A stretch of 64,000 nt of DNA, from positions 2,847,281 to 2,911,280 of the forward strand of contig NZ_CP102577.1 of the NCBI RefSeq assembly GCF_042231735.1, given 5' to 3'. Of the stretch, positions 29,399 to 38,838 are shown in pieces. Each line of letters begins with the position of its first letter. Position 1 is the first letter of the stretch. The DNA comes from Corallococcus exercitus. Its GTDB lineage: Bacteria; Myxococcota; Myxococcia; Myxococcales; Myxococcaceae. Below the pieces are notes generated by a model. That model made no database searches. It worked only from the letters and a program-made list of their open reading frames with translations, and had not been told where the DNA came from. A program made the position numbers and the translations under genes.

Positions 29399-29535
29399 CA
29401 CTCCCTCGCGCATCATCGTGCGCCGCTTCGTGGTCCTCCACGAAGCGGCGCACTGGAGTTCGTGCCCAATTCGGGGCGCTGACTCTCGCCCCCATCACCG
29501 TGCGCTGCTTCGTGGTCCTCCACGAAGCGGCGCAC
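29371..29535. repeat. Tandem direct duplication of about 82 bp (29371-29453 and 29455-29535). Each unit contains the last codons plus the stop of the OmpA gene and a perfect 16-bp-stem hairpin.
   Basis: Unit 1 is ggagttcgtgcccgtcacggagcgctgacactccc...gtgcgccgcttcgtggtcctccacgaagcggcgcac. Unit 2 is ggagttcgtgcccaattcggggcgctgactctcgcc...gtgcgctgcttcgtggtcctccacgaagcggcgcac. Both were read directly from the sequence. Confidence 0.6.
29418..29453. terminator. Palindromic hairpin (16-bp stem, tcct loop) between the convergent OmpA and HAD genes; likely a bidirectional terminator. The second copy is at 29500-29535.
   Basis: gtgcgccgcttcgtgg tcct ccacgaagcggcgcac is a perfect inverted repeat. The second copy has a single G-U compatible substitution. 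There is no T-tract, as is common in high-GC genomes. Confidence 0.45.
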
Positions 29536-29542
29536 CGTTGTT

Positions 29543-30325
29543 TCAGGCCTCTTCGGGTTGCAGCTGCACCAGCGCCGGCAGCTCCGCCGCGCGGTCCCGC
29601 AGCCGGACCTTGGGACGGATGGCCACCGGGACGCGGGCCGCCGCGAGCAGGTCCAGGTCGAACACGTTGTCGCCGAAGGCGGCGTAGAGCGGCCGGTCCG
29701 TGCGCTGCCTCAGGCAGGTCACCTTGCCGGGGCCATAGGGCACGGGCTCGAAGACGGACGTCTGCAACCGTCCGCCCTCCTCCCTCGGCGTGCACGCCAG
29801 CACGAACTCCGGCGAGAGCCCCACCTCGCGCACCGCCGCTTCCACCACCGCGCGCGGCGACGCGCTGACCACGTAGCAGTCCACGCCCTGCCCCCGGGCC
29901 CACTCCACCACGCGGCGGGCTTCGGGATGGATGCGGCGGGCCACGCCCCTGCGCGACACCACCTCCTGGGCGAAGCCGCGCACCTCCTCCGCGTGCCAGC
30001 CCGCGAAGATCCACGCCATCATCTCGTAGGTGTCCCGCTCCGGCAGCCGCCCGGCCTCGAACGCCTTGAACAGCGCGTGCGCCAGCGTCACCGCGTCCGG
30101 ATGCGCCTCCACGCCGTGGCGTGCGCCCAGCCGCTCCAGCGCCACGCGGGCCTCGGGCCGCACGCCGCCGTGCTCCAGCAGGGCCATGAACAGGTCGTCG
30201 CCCACGTCCCCGCTCCACAACGTGCCGTCCCCGTCGAAGGCCAGCACTCCGCCCGGTGTCCGCTCCACCTCGCGACGGATGCGCTCCAGCGTCTCCTCGA
30301 CCCGCTCAGTCCTCATGGCCGGCAT
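29543..30325 (-). CDS. HAD-superfamily hydrolase (HAD-IB / phosphoserine-phosphatase-like)
   Basis: Motif I is VLAFDGDGTLWSGDVGDD (DxDGT). The distal motif is AAFGDNVFDLDLLAAARVPVAI (GDxxxD). About 255 aa. Confidence 0.7.
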   Translation of the reverse strand: MPAMRTERVEETLERIRREVERTPGGVLAFDGDGTLWSGDVGDDLFMALLEHGGVRPEARVALERLGARHGVEAHPDAVTLAHALFKAFEAGRLPERDTYEMMAWIFAGWHAEEVRGFAQEVVSRRGVARRIHPEARRVVEWARGQGVDCYVVSASPRAVVEAAVREVGLSPEFVLACTPREEGGRLQTSVFEPVPYGPGKVTCLRQRTDRPLYAAFGDNVFDLDLLAAARVPVAIRPKVRLRDRAAELPALVQLQPEEA

Positions 30326-30422
30326 CCTGGCTGGCCGGACCGTCCAGTGTCACCCGCGTCCGGGAGGCCGGAGCACGGGCTGTTCACCATCGCGCCGTGA
30401 AGAAGTGACTACACTCCCAGGC

Positions 30423-30983
30423 ATGGCACGGACCGAGAAAGAGAAGATGCTCGCGGGGGAGCTGTACCTCGCCACCGATCCGCAGCTGATGGCCGAGCGG
30501 GCCCGCGCCCGCAAGCTCCTGCGCCGCTACAACGACTCCACCCAGGACGAGCTGCCCCAGCGGGAGAGCCTGCTCACCGAGCTGCTGGGCAAGGTGGGCA
30601 CCGGAACGTGGATCGAGCCGCCCTTCTACTGCGACTACGGCGAGCACATCCGACTGGGCGAGCGCGTCTTCATGAACTTCCAGTGCGTCATCCTGGACTG
30701 CAACACGGTGACGATTGGCGACGACGTGTCCTTCGGCCCGGGCGTGCAGGTGTACGCGGCCACGCATCCCCTGGACCCGGATGAGCGCATCAAGGGCCCG
30801 GAGCTGGGCCGCGCCATCACCATCGGCTCGAAGGTGTGGATTGGCGGCGGCTCCATCATCTGCCCGGGCGTCACCATCGGGGAGGGCTCCACCATTGGCG
30901 CGGGCAGCGTGGTGACGCGGGACATTCCCCCGTACGTCTTCGCCGCCGGCAATCCCTGCCGCGTCATCCGGAACCTCCGGTAG
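30423..30983 (+). CDS. Sugar O-acetyltransferase of the left-handed beta-helix (hexapeptide) family, maltose/galactoside O-acetyltransferase-like
   Basis: N-terminal Mac domain (EKEKMLAGELYLATDPQLMAERARARKLLRRYND) followed by hexapeptide repeats ITIGSKVWIGGGSIICPGVTIGEGSTIGAGSVVTRDIPPYVFAAGNPCRVIR. The start is the ATG at 30423, in frame with track ORF 30030. Confidence 0.8.
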   Translation: MARTEKEKMLAGELYLATDPQLMAERARARKLLRRYNDSTQDELPQRESLLTELLGKVGTGTWIEPPFYCDYGEHIRLGERVFMNFQCVILDCNTVTIGDDVSFGPGVQVYAATHPLDPDERIKGPELGRAITIGSKVWIGGGSIICPGVTIGEGSTIGAGSVVTRDIPPYVFAAGNPCRVIRNLR

Positions 30984-31089
30984 CGGCAATCCCACGCATC
31001 GCTCCAGCGCGATGACACAGCCCGGACTGTCCAGGAAGGGGCTCGGTGCCGTCACCCGCGCACCGTGGCGGCCGCGCTGGCGGGCGACC

Positions 31090-31794
31090 TCAGCCCACGG
31101 CCTGGTGGGTCTCGGTGACGCCCTGGTACTGGTAGGCGCCGCTGTCGTACGGGGTGATGGCGTCGTCGGCCTTCTTGGTGCAGGCCGCGGCGGTGGGGTC
31201 GAAGGCCTGGAACTGGCCCTTGTCGTCCTTGAACTCCACCCACGCGTGGGCCCCCCGGTCCGTATTGCCGAAGACGACGCGCGCGTCCACGCCCGCCTGC
31301 TCGAAGCGCTGCTCGGCCTCGATGGCCATGTCCACGCAGACGCCAGACTTGGACGCGTCGAAGGTGCTGGCGTTCTTCATGGCCGCATCCCACGTCTTGC
31401 CGCCCGAGTAGTCGTACTTCCAGGACGTGGCCTCCTTCGCGATGTCCTGGGCCACCAGCTCCGCGCTCTTGCCGGAGGACGGGCCCTTCGCGCCCTGCGC
31501 CTTGGACGGCTCGAAGCTGTCGCGGTTCCGGTCCTGCTGGAAGCTCTGGGCGCTGGTGGGCTTCGGGGCCTGGCCCTTCGCGCCCTCACCCTTCAGCAGG
31601 GCCTCCTGGGTCAGGCCCAGCTCCTTCAGCAGCTTCGCGAACTCCTGGGGCTGCTTCGCGGAGTCCACCGTCTTCACCGGCTTGCCATCGGGGGTGACGA
31701 CCTTCACCACGACATTCCGAGGGCCCTGCGCGGCTTCGGAAGGACGCATCGCGCACGGGTTGGAGGACGGACGCGACAGGGAGGAGATCGCCAT
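31090..31794 (-). CDS. Hypothetical protein with a low-complexity Lys/Ala/Gln-rich N-terminal half and a C-terminal transglutaminase-like (Cys-His-Asp) domain
   Basis: The C-terminal ...SKSGVCVDMAIEAEQRFEQAGVDARVVFGNTDRGAHAWVEFKDDKGQFQAFDPT has the C...HAWVE...D spacing of transglutaminase-like cysteine peptidases. The start was chosen at MAISSLSRPSS (31794). Confidence 0.4.
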   Translation of the reverse strand: MAISSLSRPSSNPCAMRPSEAAQGPRNVVVKVVTPDGKPVKTVDSAKQPQEFAKLLKELGLTQEALLKGEGAKGQAPKPTSAQSFQQDRNRDSFEPSKAQGAKGPSSGKSAELVAQDIAKEATSWKYDYSGGKTWDAAMKNASTFDASKSGVCVDMAIEAEQRFEQAGVDARVVFGNTDRGAHAWVEFKDDKGQFQAFDPTAAACTKKADDAITPYDSGAYQYQGVTETHQAVG

Positions 31795-31972
31795 GGACAG
31801 GGCCTCGAGAAAACAGCGGGGATGCCTGTCCCATGAGCACGGCGTGTGCCAGCGCGCGCGCACCTGCGGGTCAGCGCCAAGCCCCTGTGTTTCCAGGCCC
31901 CGCAGTCCAGTCCTCGTCAGCGAAGGCCCGCGCCGCTGATGACTGCCGTTGGAGGGGTGATGGCCGGCGTCA

Positions 31973-33157
31973 TCACCCTGCCGGCTCGGAGACGCCGTCG
32001 GCCTCCGGTGTCTCCGGGCCCTCCACGGTGCGCTCCAGCGTGCGGGCGAGCGCGGCCCGGGCCTCCGCCGCCTCCTCGAAGGGCTCATCGCTTCCAGCCC
32101 GCGCCGGGGGAGGCACCGTCGCGTCCAGCTCGTCGGGATGCAGGCGGAACCACTTCGCGACGAGCATCACCTCCTGGGCCTCCTGTGCGCGGAGACCAAT
32201 CGCCTCCGGCTCGGGCACGGCGAAGATGTCCCGCACGCGAGCGTCGAGCGCCGCCTGCTCCTCCGGCGTCCGGGGCGTGGGCACCTCCGCGCGGATCCGC
32301 CCCCGCCGGATCACATACGTCCGGTCCTCGCCACCGTGCCCGCGCGCCGTGTAGACCAGCGACAGCCGCCGCAGCGTGCGGCCCAGCTCGACGATCCACG
32401 CCTGCACGTTCTCCAGCCGCTCCGCGCGGTCGCGCAGCTCCGCCGCGTACTCGAACTGGAGCCGCCGCGCCGCCATCGCCATGCGCTCGCGCAGGATGAC
32501 CAGCGGCCGGTCCGACTCGCCGTTGAGGAACGCGCGCGCCAGCGCGACCTGCGCCAGGTACTCCGCCGTCGTGCACCCGCCCGCGCACGGCGAGAGGCAC
32601 CGCGCGGTCTGCCCGCGCATGCACCGCGGGTCGTCCTTCATGGGAAAGAGCTGGATCTGATCCGCCAGCCGCATGGGCGTCTCGGACGGGCAGTCGCGCA
32701 GCTCCAGCAGGTCGTTCACCGCGCGCACCACGTCCGCCATGGTGTGCCGGCCGTGGAAGGGCCCGAAGTACTCCGCGCTCCCGCCGCCGCCGGGCTGGCC
32801 CACCACGCGCAGCCGGGGCACGGCCTCGCGCGTGAGCTGGAGGAAACAGTGCGCGCGGTCGCGCTTGTGCTCCACGTTGTAGAGGGGCCGGTGGCTCTTG
32901 ATGAGCCGGAACTCATGCAGGAGCGCCGCGAACTCGCTGGCCGTGTACTCCCACTCCACCTGGTGCGCCTGGGAGACGATTTCCCAGGCCTTCTCGCCCT
33001 CGTCCGCGCGGAAGTACGACAAGAGCCGCGTGCGCACGCGCACGGACTTGCCCACGTAGAGCAGCTCTCCGGCGGGACCGAAGAACCGGTACACGCCGGG
33101 CCGGTTCTCCGCGCTCGCGCGGACGTGACTCAGGAGGGTGGCGGCGCGCGGGTCCAT
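31973..33157 (-). CDS. UvrC-homolog nuclease of the Cho type (GIY-YIG domain plus UvrC-like central region; short compared with full UvrC)
   Basis: GIY-YIG is PGVYRFFGPAGELLYVGKSVRVRTRLLSYF...EWEYTASEFAALLHEFRLIKSHRPLYNVEHK, followed by a Cys-rich UvrC-like segment (CMRGQTARCLSPCAGGCTTAEYLAQV). The 394 aa run from the internal Met at 33157. Confidence 0.7.
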   Translation of the reverse strand: MDPRAATLLSHVRASAENRPGVYRFFGPAGELLYVGKSVRVRTRLLSYFRADEGEKAWEIVSQAHQVEWEYTASEFAALLHEFRLIKSHRPLYNVEHKRDRAHCFLQLTREAVPRLRVVGQPGGGGSAEYFGPFHGRHTMADVVRAVNDLLELRDCPSETPMRLADQIQLFPMKDDPRCMRGQTARCLSPCAGGCTTAEYLAQVALARAFLNGESDRPLVILRERMAMAARRLQFEYAAELRDRAERLENVQAWIVELGRTLRRLSLVYTARGHGGEDRTYVIRRGRIRAEVPTPRTPEEQAALDARVRDIFAVPEPEAIGLRAQEAQEVMLVAKWFRLHPDELDATVPPPARAGSDEPFEEAAEARAALARTLERTVEGPETPEADGVSEPAG

Positions 33158-33286
33158 GCGGCGAGAGCGCCGGGCCTGTGCGCCCGGGCACCGCAGGCTA
33201 ACCCGCCACGTCCCGCCGCACCGCCGTTCGCGCGGCCCCCGTCCCAACCCGGCCGGAGGGCGGCCAGCGGAACGCGCGCCCGGACT

Positions 33287-34465
<1,179 letters not shown>

Positions 34466-34692
34466 TTATACCCAGCCCGCCCGTCCGGACGCACCCGCTT
34501 CCTGGGGGACGCCTGCCTGGCCTCCAGGAGGCCGCCCCGCCTCGGGAACCCCGGTTTCCCTACCCCACCCCCGGGGACGGGGGGCCGGAAGACGGCATTT
34601 CCGGGGCGGGCCGGCGGTTACATTGGGTCCTCCCGTCACCGATTCACCGCGCGTCTTGGGTCGCCGCGCCATTTCCGTTACAAGCCGCCGCC

Positions 34693-36291
34693 ATGTTCAA
34701 CGTCATCAACGTCTCCAAGGCCTACGGGCCCAAGAAACTTTTCGAGGAGGTCAACGTCGCCTTCTCGCCGGGCCGTCGCTACGGCCTGACCGGTCCGAAC
34801 GGGGCCGGCAAGTCCACGTTCATGAAGATCCTCGCGGGTGACGAGGAGCAGGACATGGGCGAGATCATCCGCCCCCGCAAGCTGGGCATCCTGCGCCAGG
34901 ACCACTTCCGCTACGAGAACGACCGCGTCATCGACGTGGTGCTGATGGGCAACCGCCACCTGTGGGCGGCCATGGACGAGAAGAACAAGCTCCTGGCCAA
35001 GGCCGACATCACGGAAGAGGACGGCAACCGGCTGGGTGAGCTGGAAGGCGTCATCGCGGAAGAGGACGGCTATTCGGCGGAGAGCGACGCGGCCACGCTG
35101 CTGGCGGGCCTTGGCATCGAGGAGTCCTTCCACGAAGAGCCCATGCGCCAGCTCACCGGCGGCCTGAAGCTGCGCGTGTTGCTCGCGCAGGCGCTGTTCG
35201 GCAAGCCGGAAGGCTTGCTGCTGGACGAGCCCACGAACAACCTGGACATCGACTCCATCCGCTGGCTGGAGAACTTCCTCCATGCGTACGAGGGCGTGCT
35301 GATCACCATCAGCCACGACCGGCACTTCCTGAACTCCATCTGCACGCACATCGCGGACATCGATTACGAGACCATCATCCAGTACACGGGTGGTTACGAC
35401 GACATGGTCCGGCAGAAGTCGCAGCTGCGGACCCGGGTCGAGGCCGAGACGGCGGAGAAGAAGAAGAAGATCGCCCAGCTGCAGGACTTCGTGGCGCGCT
35501 TCCACGCGGGTACGCGTGCGTCGCAGGTGCAGAGCCGCATCAAGCAGATCGACAAGCTGAAGACGGAGGACCTGAAGCGCTCGAACATCGCGCGGCCGTT
35601 CATCCGGTTCGACCAGAAGGTGGTCAGCGGCCGGCAGACGCTGATGTTCGAGGGCCTGAAGAAGTCCTTCGACGGGCAGCAGGTCATCAAGCCGTTCAAG
35701 GGGCTGGTCTGCAAGGGCGAGCGCATCTGCGTCATCGGCCGCAACGCCGTGGGCAAGTCCACGCTGGTGAAGATGCTGGCGGGGCAGCTGGAGCCGGACG
35801 CGGGCACCATCACCTGGGGCCACCAGGCGACGGTGGGCTACCTGCCGCAGGACCACCACGGCGTCATCCACAAGGGCACGACGTGCTTCGGCTATCTCCG
35901 GGAGATCAGCGAGAAGCTGACCAACGAGGAGATTTCGGGCGTGCTGGGCCGGATGCTCTTCTCGGGTGAGGAGCGGATGAAGCCCACGGACACGCTCTCC
36001 GGTGGTGAGACAGTGCGCGTGCTGTTGTCCAAGCTGATGATCATGCAGGACAACGTGCTGATCCTGGACGAGCCGACGAACCACCTGGACCTGGAGTCCA
36101 TCGCGGCGCTGGCCGAAGGCCTGTCCAAGTTCGAGGGCACGGTCATCTGCGTGACGCACGACCAGGAGCTCATCTCCGAGGTCGCGACCCGCATCTGGAG
36201 CCTGGAGGCGGGCAAGGAAGTCCTCGACTTCAACGGGCCTTACTCCGAGTTCATGGAGAAGCACGCGGACGCGGCGCAGAAGCGCCGGTAG
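34693..36291 (+). CDS. ABC-F family ATPase (EttA/Uup-like) with two ABC cassettes and no TM domain
   Basis: There are two Walker A motifs (GPNGAGKST and GRNAVGKST), two LSGGxx signatures (LTGGLKLRV and LSGGETVRV) and an inter-domain linker with the ABC-F coiled arm (KKKKIAQLQDFVARF). The start ATG is at 34693, leaving a roughly 236-nt leader. Confidence 0.85.
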   Translation: MFNVINVSKAYGPKKLFEEVNVAFSPGRRYGLTGPNGAGKSTFMKILAGDEEQDMGEIIRPRKLGILRQDHFRYENDRVIDVVLMGNRHLWAAMDEKNKLLAKADITEEDGNRLGELEGVIAEEDGYSAESDAATLLAGLGIEESFHEEPMRQLTGGLKLRVLLAQALFGKPEGLLLDEPTNNLDIDSIRWLENFLHAYEGVLITISHDRHFLNSICTHIADIDYETIIQYTGGYDDMVRQKSQLRTRVEAETAEKKKKIAQLQDFVARFHAGTRASQVQSRIKQIDKLKTEDLKRSNIARPFIRFDQKVVSGRQTLMFEGLKKSFDGQQVIKPFKGLVCKGERICVIGRNAVGKSTLVKMLAGQLEPDAGTITWGHQATVGYLPQDHHGVIHKGTTCFGYLREISEKLTNEEISGVLGRMLFSGEERMKPTDTLSGGETVRVLLSKLMIMQDNVLILDEPTNHLDLESIAALAEGLSKFEGTVICVTHDQELISEVATRIWSLEAGKEVLDFNGPYSEFMEKHADAAQKRR

Positions 36292-36318
36292 TCAGCACAG
36301 GATTAGCCAGGCAGTGCC

Positions 36319-36365
36319 AAACGCCGCCCGTTTCCGGTCCGTCCGGAAGCGAGGCGGCGTTTTCG
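36319..36365 (+). terminator. Intrinsic terminator after the ABC-F gene
   Basis: aaacgccgcc - cgtttccggtccgtccggaagcga - ggcggcgtttt. The stem GCCGCC/GGCGGC is followed by a T-tract. Confidence 0.5.
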
Positions 36366-36446
36366 TGGGCTGTCCATCCCTCTTCCGGGTGATGTCCCGG
36401 CCATGAATGGATCGACAAGACTCCGCTCGAGGCCGCCAGTCCAGGG

Positions 36447-37961
36447 TTGGCCTGGGGGTGGCTGATGGATCAGGTCATGGTGTGGGCGCCGCTGGCGTTG
36501 TTGTTCGCCGGCCTGTGGTTCCGGTCCCGCAGGCGGGTCCGTGACCTCCAGAAGCGGTTCAAACCCATCGTGGACGTTGAAGCTGAAAAGCAGCGGATCT
36601 CCGAAGAGATTGCGCACACACAGCTCGCGGCCACACTGGCGCGCGAAGCCGAGCGTCATCGAGCGGCCCAGGAAATCGCGGAGATCCGCAATGCCGCCGC
36701 GTTGGCCACTGCCGCGGAGCAGAAGCAGGTGGCCGCAGAATGTCACCGCATGCAGGAGGAGGCTTCGCGGGCAACAATAGCCGCCGCGCGGTCCGTGAAG
36801 GACGCGGAAGAGCAACGCCAGACGCTGATCAAGGAACAACAAGATCTGAAAGCCACCATCGCGCGATTGCGCGAAGAGCTTCGCCCCCTGGATGAAGAAG
36901 CGTTTCTCCTCTCCACGGGCTTCTACAAGCCGATCTATGCCTTCTCCTCTGTCGAGGAGTACGAACGCCGCCTGCAGGAGCTTCGCGAAAAGCAGAAGTC
37001 CATGTTGCAGGACAAGCGCGCTGCGACTTGTTCCATCGAGTGGGAGGTCAATGGGAGCAAGGCTGAGGGCAAGAGGCAGACGGAACGAACGCTGAAGCTG
37101 ATGCTTCGTGCGTTCAACGGCGAGGCCGACGCATGTGTCTCGAAGGTGACCTACAAGAACATCAAGACCATGGAAGCGCGCATCGAGAAAGCTGCGGATG
37201 CGATCAATGGCCTGACGAAGATCCAGAGTTGTACCATCGCGAGCCAGTATGTCGCCTTCAAGCTGGACGAACTGCGCCTTGCCCACGAGTACGCTGAGCG
37301 GATCCAACAGGAGCGCGACGAGCAGAAGCGCATTCGCGAGCAGATGCGCGAGGAAGAGGCGGCGCAGCGGGAGTTGGAGAAGGCGAAGCTGGAAGCAGAG
37401 CGCGAGGCGAAGCGAGACGCCGAGTCCTTGGCGAAGGCGAAAGCGGACTACGAGAAGGCCAAGGGCTCCGAACAGCAGAAGCTTCTGGAACGCATCGCGG
37501 AACTGGAGCGCCGCGTCGCCGAGGATCTGGAGAAGCAGCGAGCCATCTCCCAGGCCCAGCTCACACGGACGGGGCACGTCTATGTCATCTCAAACATCGG
37601 CTCGTTCGGAGAAGGCATTTTCAAGCTGGGGATGACCCGAAGGCTGGTGCCCCAGGACCGCATCGACGAACTGGGAGACGCCTCGGTGCCATTCGAGTTC
37701 GACGTCCACGCCATCATCCGGACCTCGGATGCGCCAGCGCTGGAGAGTGCCCTGCACCGAACCTTCGCGAACCGGCGCGTTAATCGCATCAACGAGCGCA
37801 AGGAGTTCTTCCGCGTCAGCCTGGAGGAAATCGCTGAGGCCGTGCGAAAACACCATGGTGAGTTTGAATTAACCTGGATTGCCGAAGCTGCGGAGTACCG
37901 GAAGTCACTGGCGCTACGGGAAGACGACAATAGCACCCAGTCACAACAAACCGCAGCGTGA
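36447..37961 (+). CDS. DUF4041-type protein with an N-terminal TM helix, about 330 aa of coiled coil, and a C-terminal T5orf172 / GIY-YIG-like (MUG113) domain. It sits in a low-GC islet.
   Basis: TM is VMVWAPLALLFAGLWF. A long E/K/R/A/Q-rich heptad-like region follows. The DUF4041-like core is STGFYKPIYAFSSVEEYERRLQELREKQK...KLMLRAFNGEADACVSKVTYKNIKTMEARIEKAADAINGL. The C-terminus is TGHVYVISNIGSFGEGIFKLGMTRRLVPQDRIDELGDASVPFEFDVHAIIRTSDAPALESALHRTFANRRVNRINERKEFFRVSLEEI, typical of T5orf172. Domain names are from memory. GC is clearly below the host level. Confidence 0.65.
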   Translation: MAWGWLMDQVMVWAPLALLFAGLWFRSRRRVRDLQKRFKPIVDVEAEKQRISEEIAHTQLAATLAREAERHRAAQEIAEIRNAAALATAAEQKQVAAECHRMQEEASRATIAAARSVKDAEEQRQTLIKEQQDLKATIARLREELRPLDEEAFLLSTGFYKPIYAFSSVEEYERRLQELREKQKSMLQDKRAATCSIEWEVNGSKAEGKRQTERTLKLMLRAFNGEADACVSKVTYKNIKTMEARIEKAADAINGLTKIQSCTIASQYVAFKLDELRLAHEYAERIQQERDEQKRIREQMREEEAAQRELEKAKLEAEREAKRDAESLAKAKADYEKAKGSEQQKLLERIAELERRVAEDLEKQRAISQAQLTRTGHVYVISNIGSFGEGIFKLGMTRRLVPQDRIDELGDASVPFEFDVHAIIRTSDAPALESALHRTFANRRVNRINERKEFFRVSLEEIAEAVRKHHGEFELTWIAEAAEYRKSLALREDDNSTQSQQTAA

Positions 37962-38001
37962 GACACGAATCACCTAACAGCGATCAGCTTCCTCTGCGAC
38001 A

Positions 38002-38838
38002 ATGACACAGGCTCTTCCAACACCCGATGACGTCCCTCCTCCAGGCGTTATGAGATGGCTCATCTCCTGCGACGAATCCGGAACAGGCGGCTCGCCCTTC
38101 TACGGCTTCGGAACACTCTGGATGAACTGGCAAAGGCGTGGAAACTTCTCCGAACTCATCCAGGATCTTCGAGAGAAACATAAGTACGAATTTGAAATCA
38201 AATGGAACAAAGTCTCCGGCAGGAATTTGCCATTTTATCGAGACTTGGTGGAAGCCTTCTTCAAGACCAGCTGGATGCACTTTCACTGCATAGTCGTGAA
38301 ACAGGCAGACGTGCGTTTAGATTTCCACGATCGAGACTGGGATCTTGCGCGCCGAAAGCACTTCACCATGCTCCTGACCAACAAGATCAGGCGCTGCCTC
38401 ACCAAGAATCCCAATCGAGATTTGACGTTTCGAATATGGGTTGACCCCATTGCCTCACGCTACAAAAAGGCCAATGAAGCGGTGGAGATTATCGCCAACA
38501 ACGCACTCCAACAGGTTTTCAAGCGACTCCGCCCCGTCGACAAGGTCATTACTCGCGATTCGCGCGACACTCCAAGCATTCAGCTTTGCGATCTCCTCCT
38601 CGGCGCGGTGATGGAAGGTTGGCAGCGAAAGTCCGACTCCGAGTCCAAGCAGGAGCTGCGCGAATGGATTGCTGAACACCTTGGTTGGGACGACTTGGCG
38701 AACGACACACACAGAGACGAAACGAAGTTCAACATCTGGTATTTTCACGATCCGATATCAAAACCCAAGCGATCCGCCCTCACGCGTCCCGTCAAATTGA
38801 GATACCCACTGCCAACCGGCAAACGGCGTCGTTCGTAG
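38002..38838 (+). CDS. DUF3800 family protein, in the low-GC islet directly downstream of the DUF4041/T5orf172 gene
   Basis: The N-terminal MRWLISCDESGTGGSPFYGFG (DESG hallmark) and the distal SIQLCDLLLGAVMEG (QLxDL motif) match my recollection of DUF3800. About 50% GC by eye, with AT-rich codons (aaa, gaa, ttt) that are rare in the flanking genes. Confidence 0.6.
   Translation: MTQALPTPDDVPPPGVMRWLISCDESGTGGSPFYGFGTLWMNWQRRGNFSELIQDLREKHKYEFEIKWNKVSGRNLPFYRDLVEAFFKTSWMHFHCIVVKQADVRLDFHDRDWDLARRKHFTMLLTNKIRRCLTKNPNRDLTFRIWVDPIASRYKKANEAVEIIANNALQQVFKRLRPVDKVITRDSRDTPSIQLCDLLLGAVMEGWQRKSDSESKQELREWIAEHLGWDDLANDTHRDETKFNIWYFHDPISKPKRSALTRPVKLRYPLPTGKRRRS

Noticed and set aside
24356-29416. 1686-aa minus-strand ORF (plus similar giant antisense ORFs at 3349-5961 +, 7355-10153 +, 15447-18026 +, 45601-48222 +, 53210-56509 -, 56667-58925 +)
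   Set aside because: Each is exactly antisense to a gene with clear, conserved domain content (Kelch/HYR protein plus OmpA; histidine kinase plus MltG; helicase; Pat; rml operon; GT plus HAD fusion; GT2). They translate to R/A/G/P/H-rich low-complexity sequence with no motifs. Stop-free antisense frames are expected at about 70% GC.
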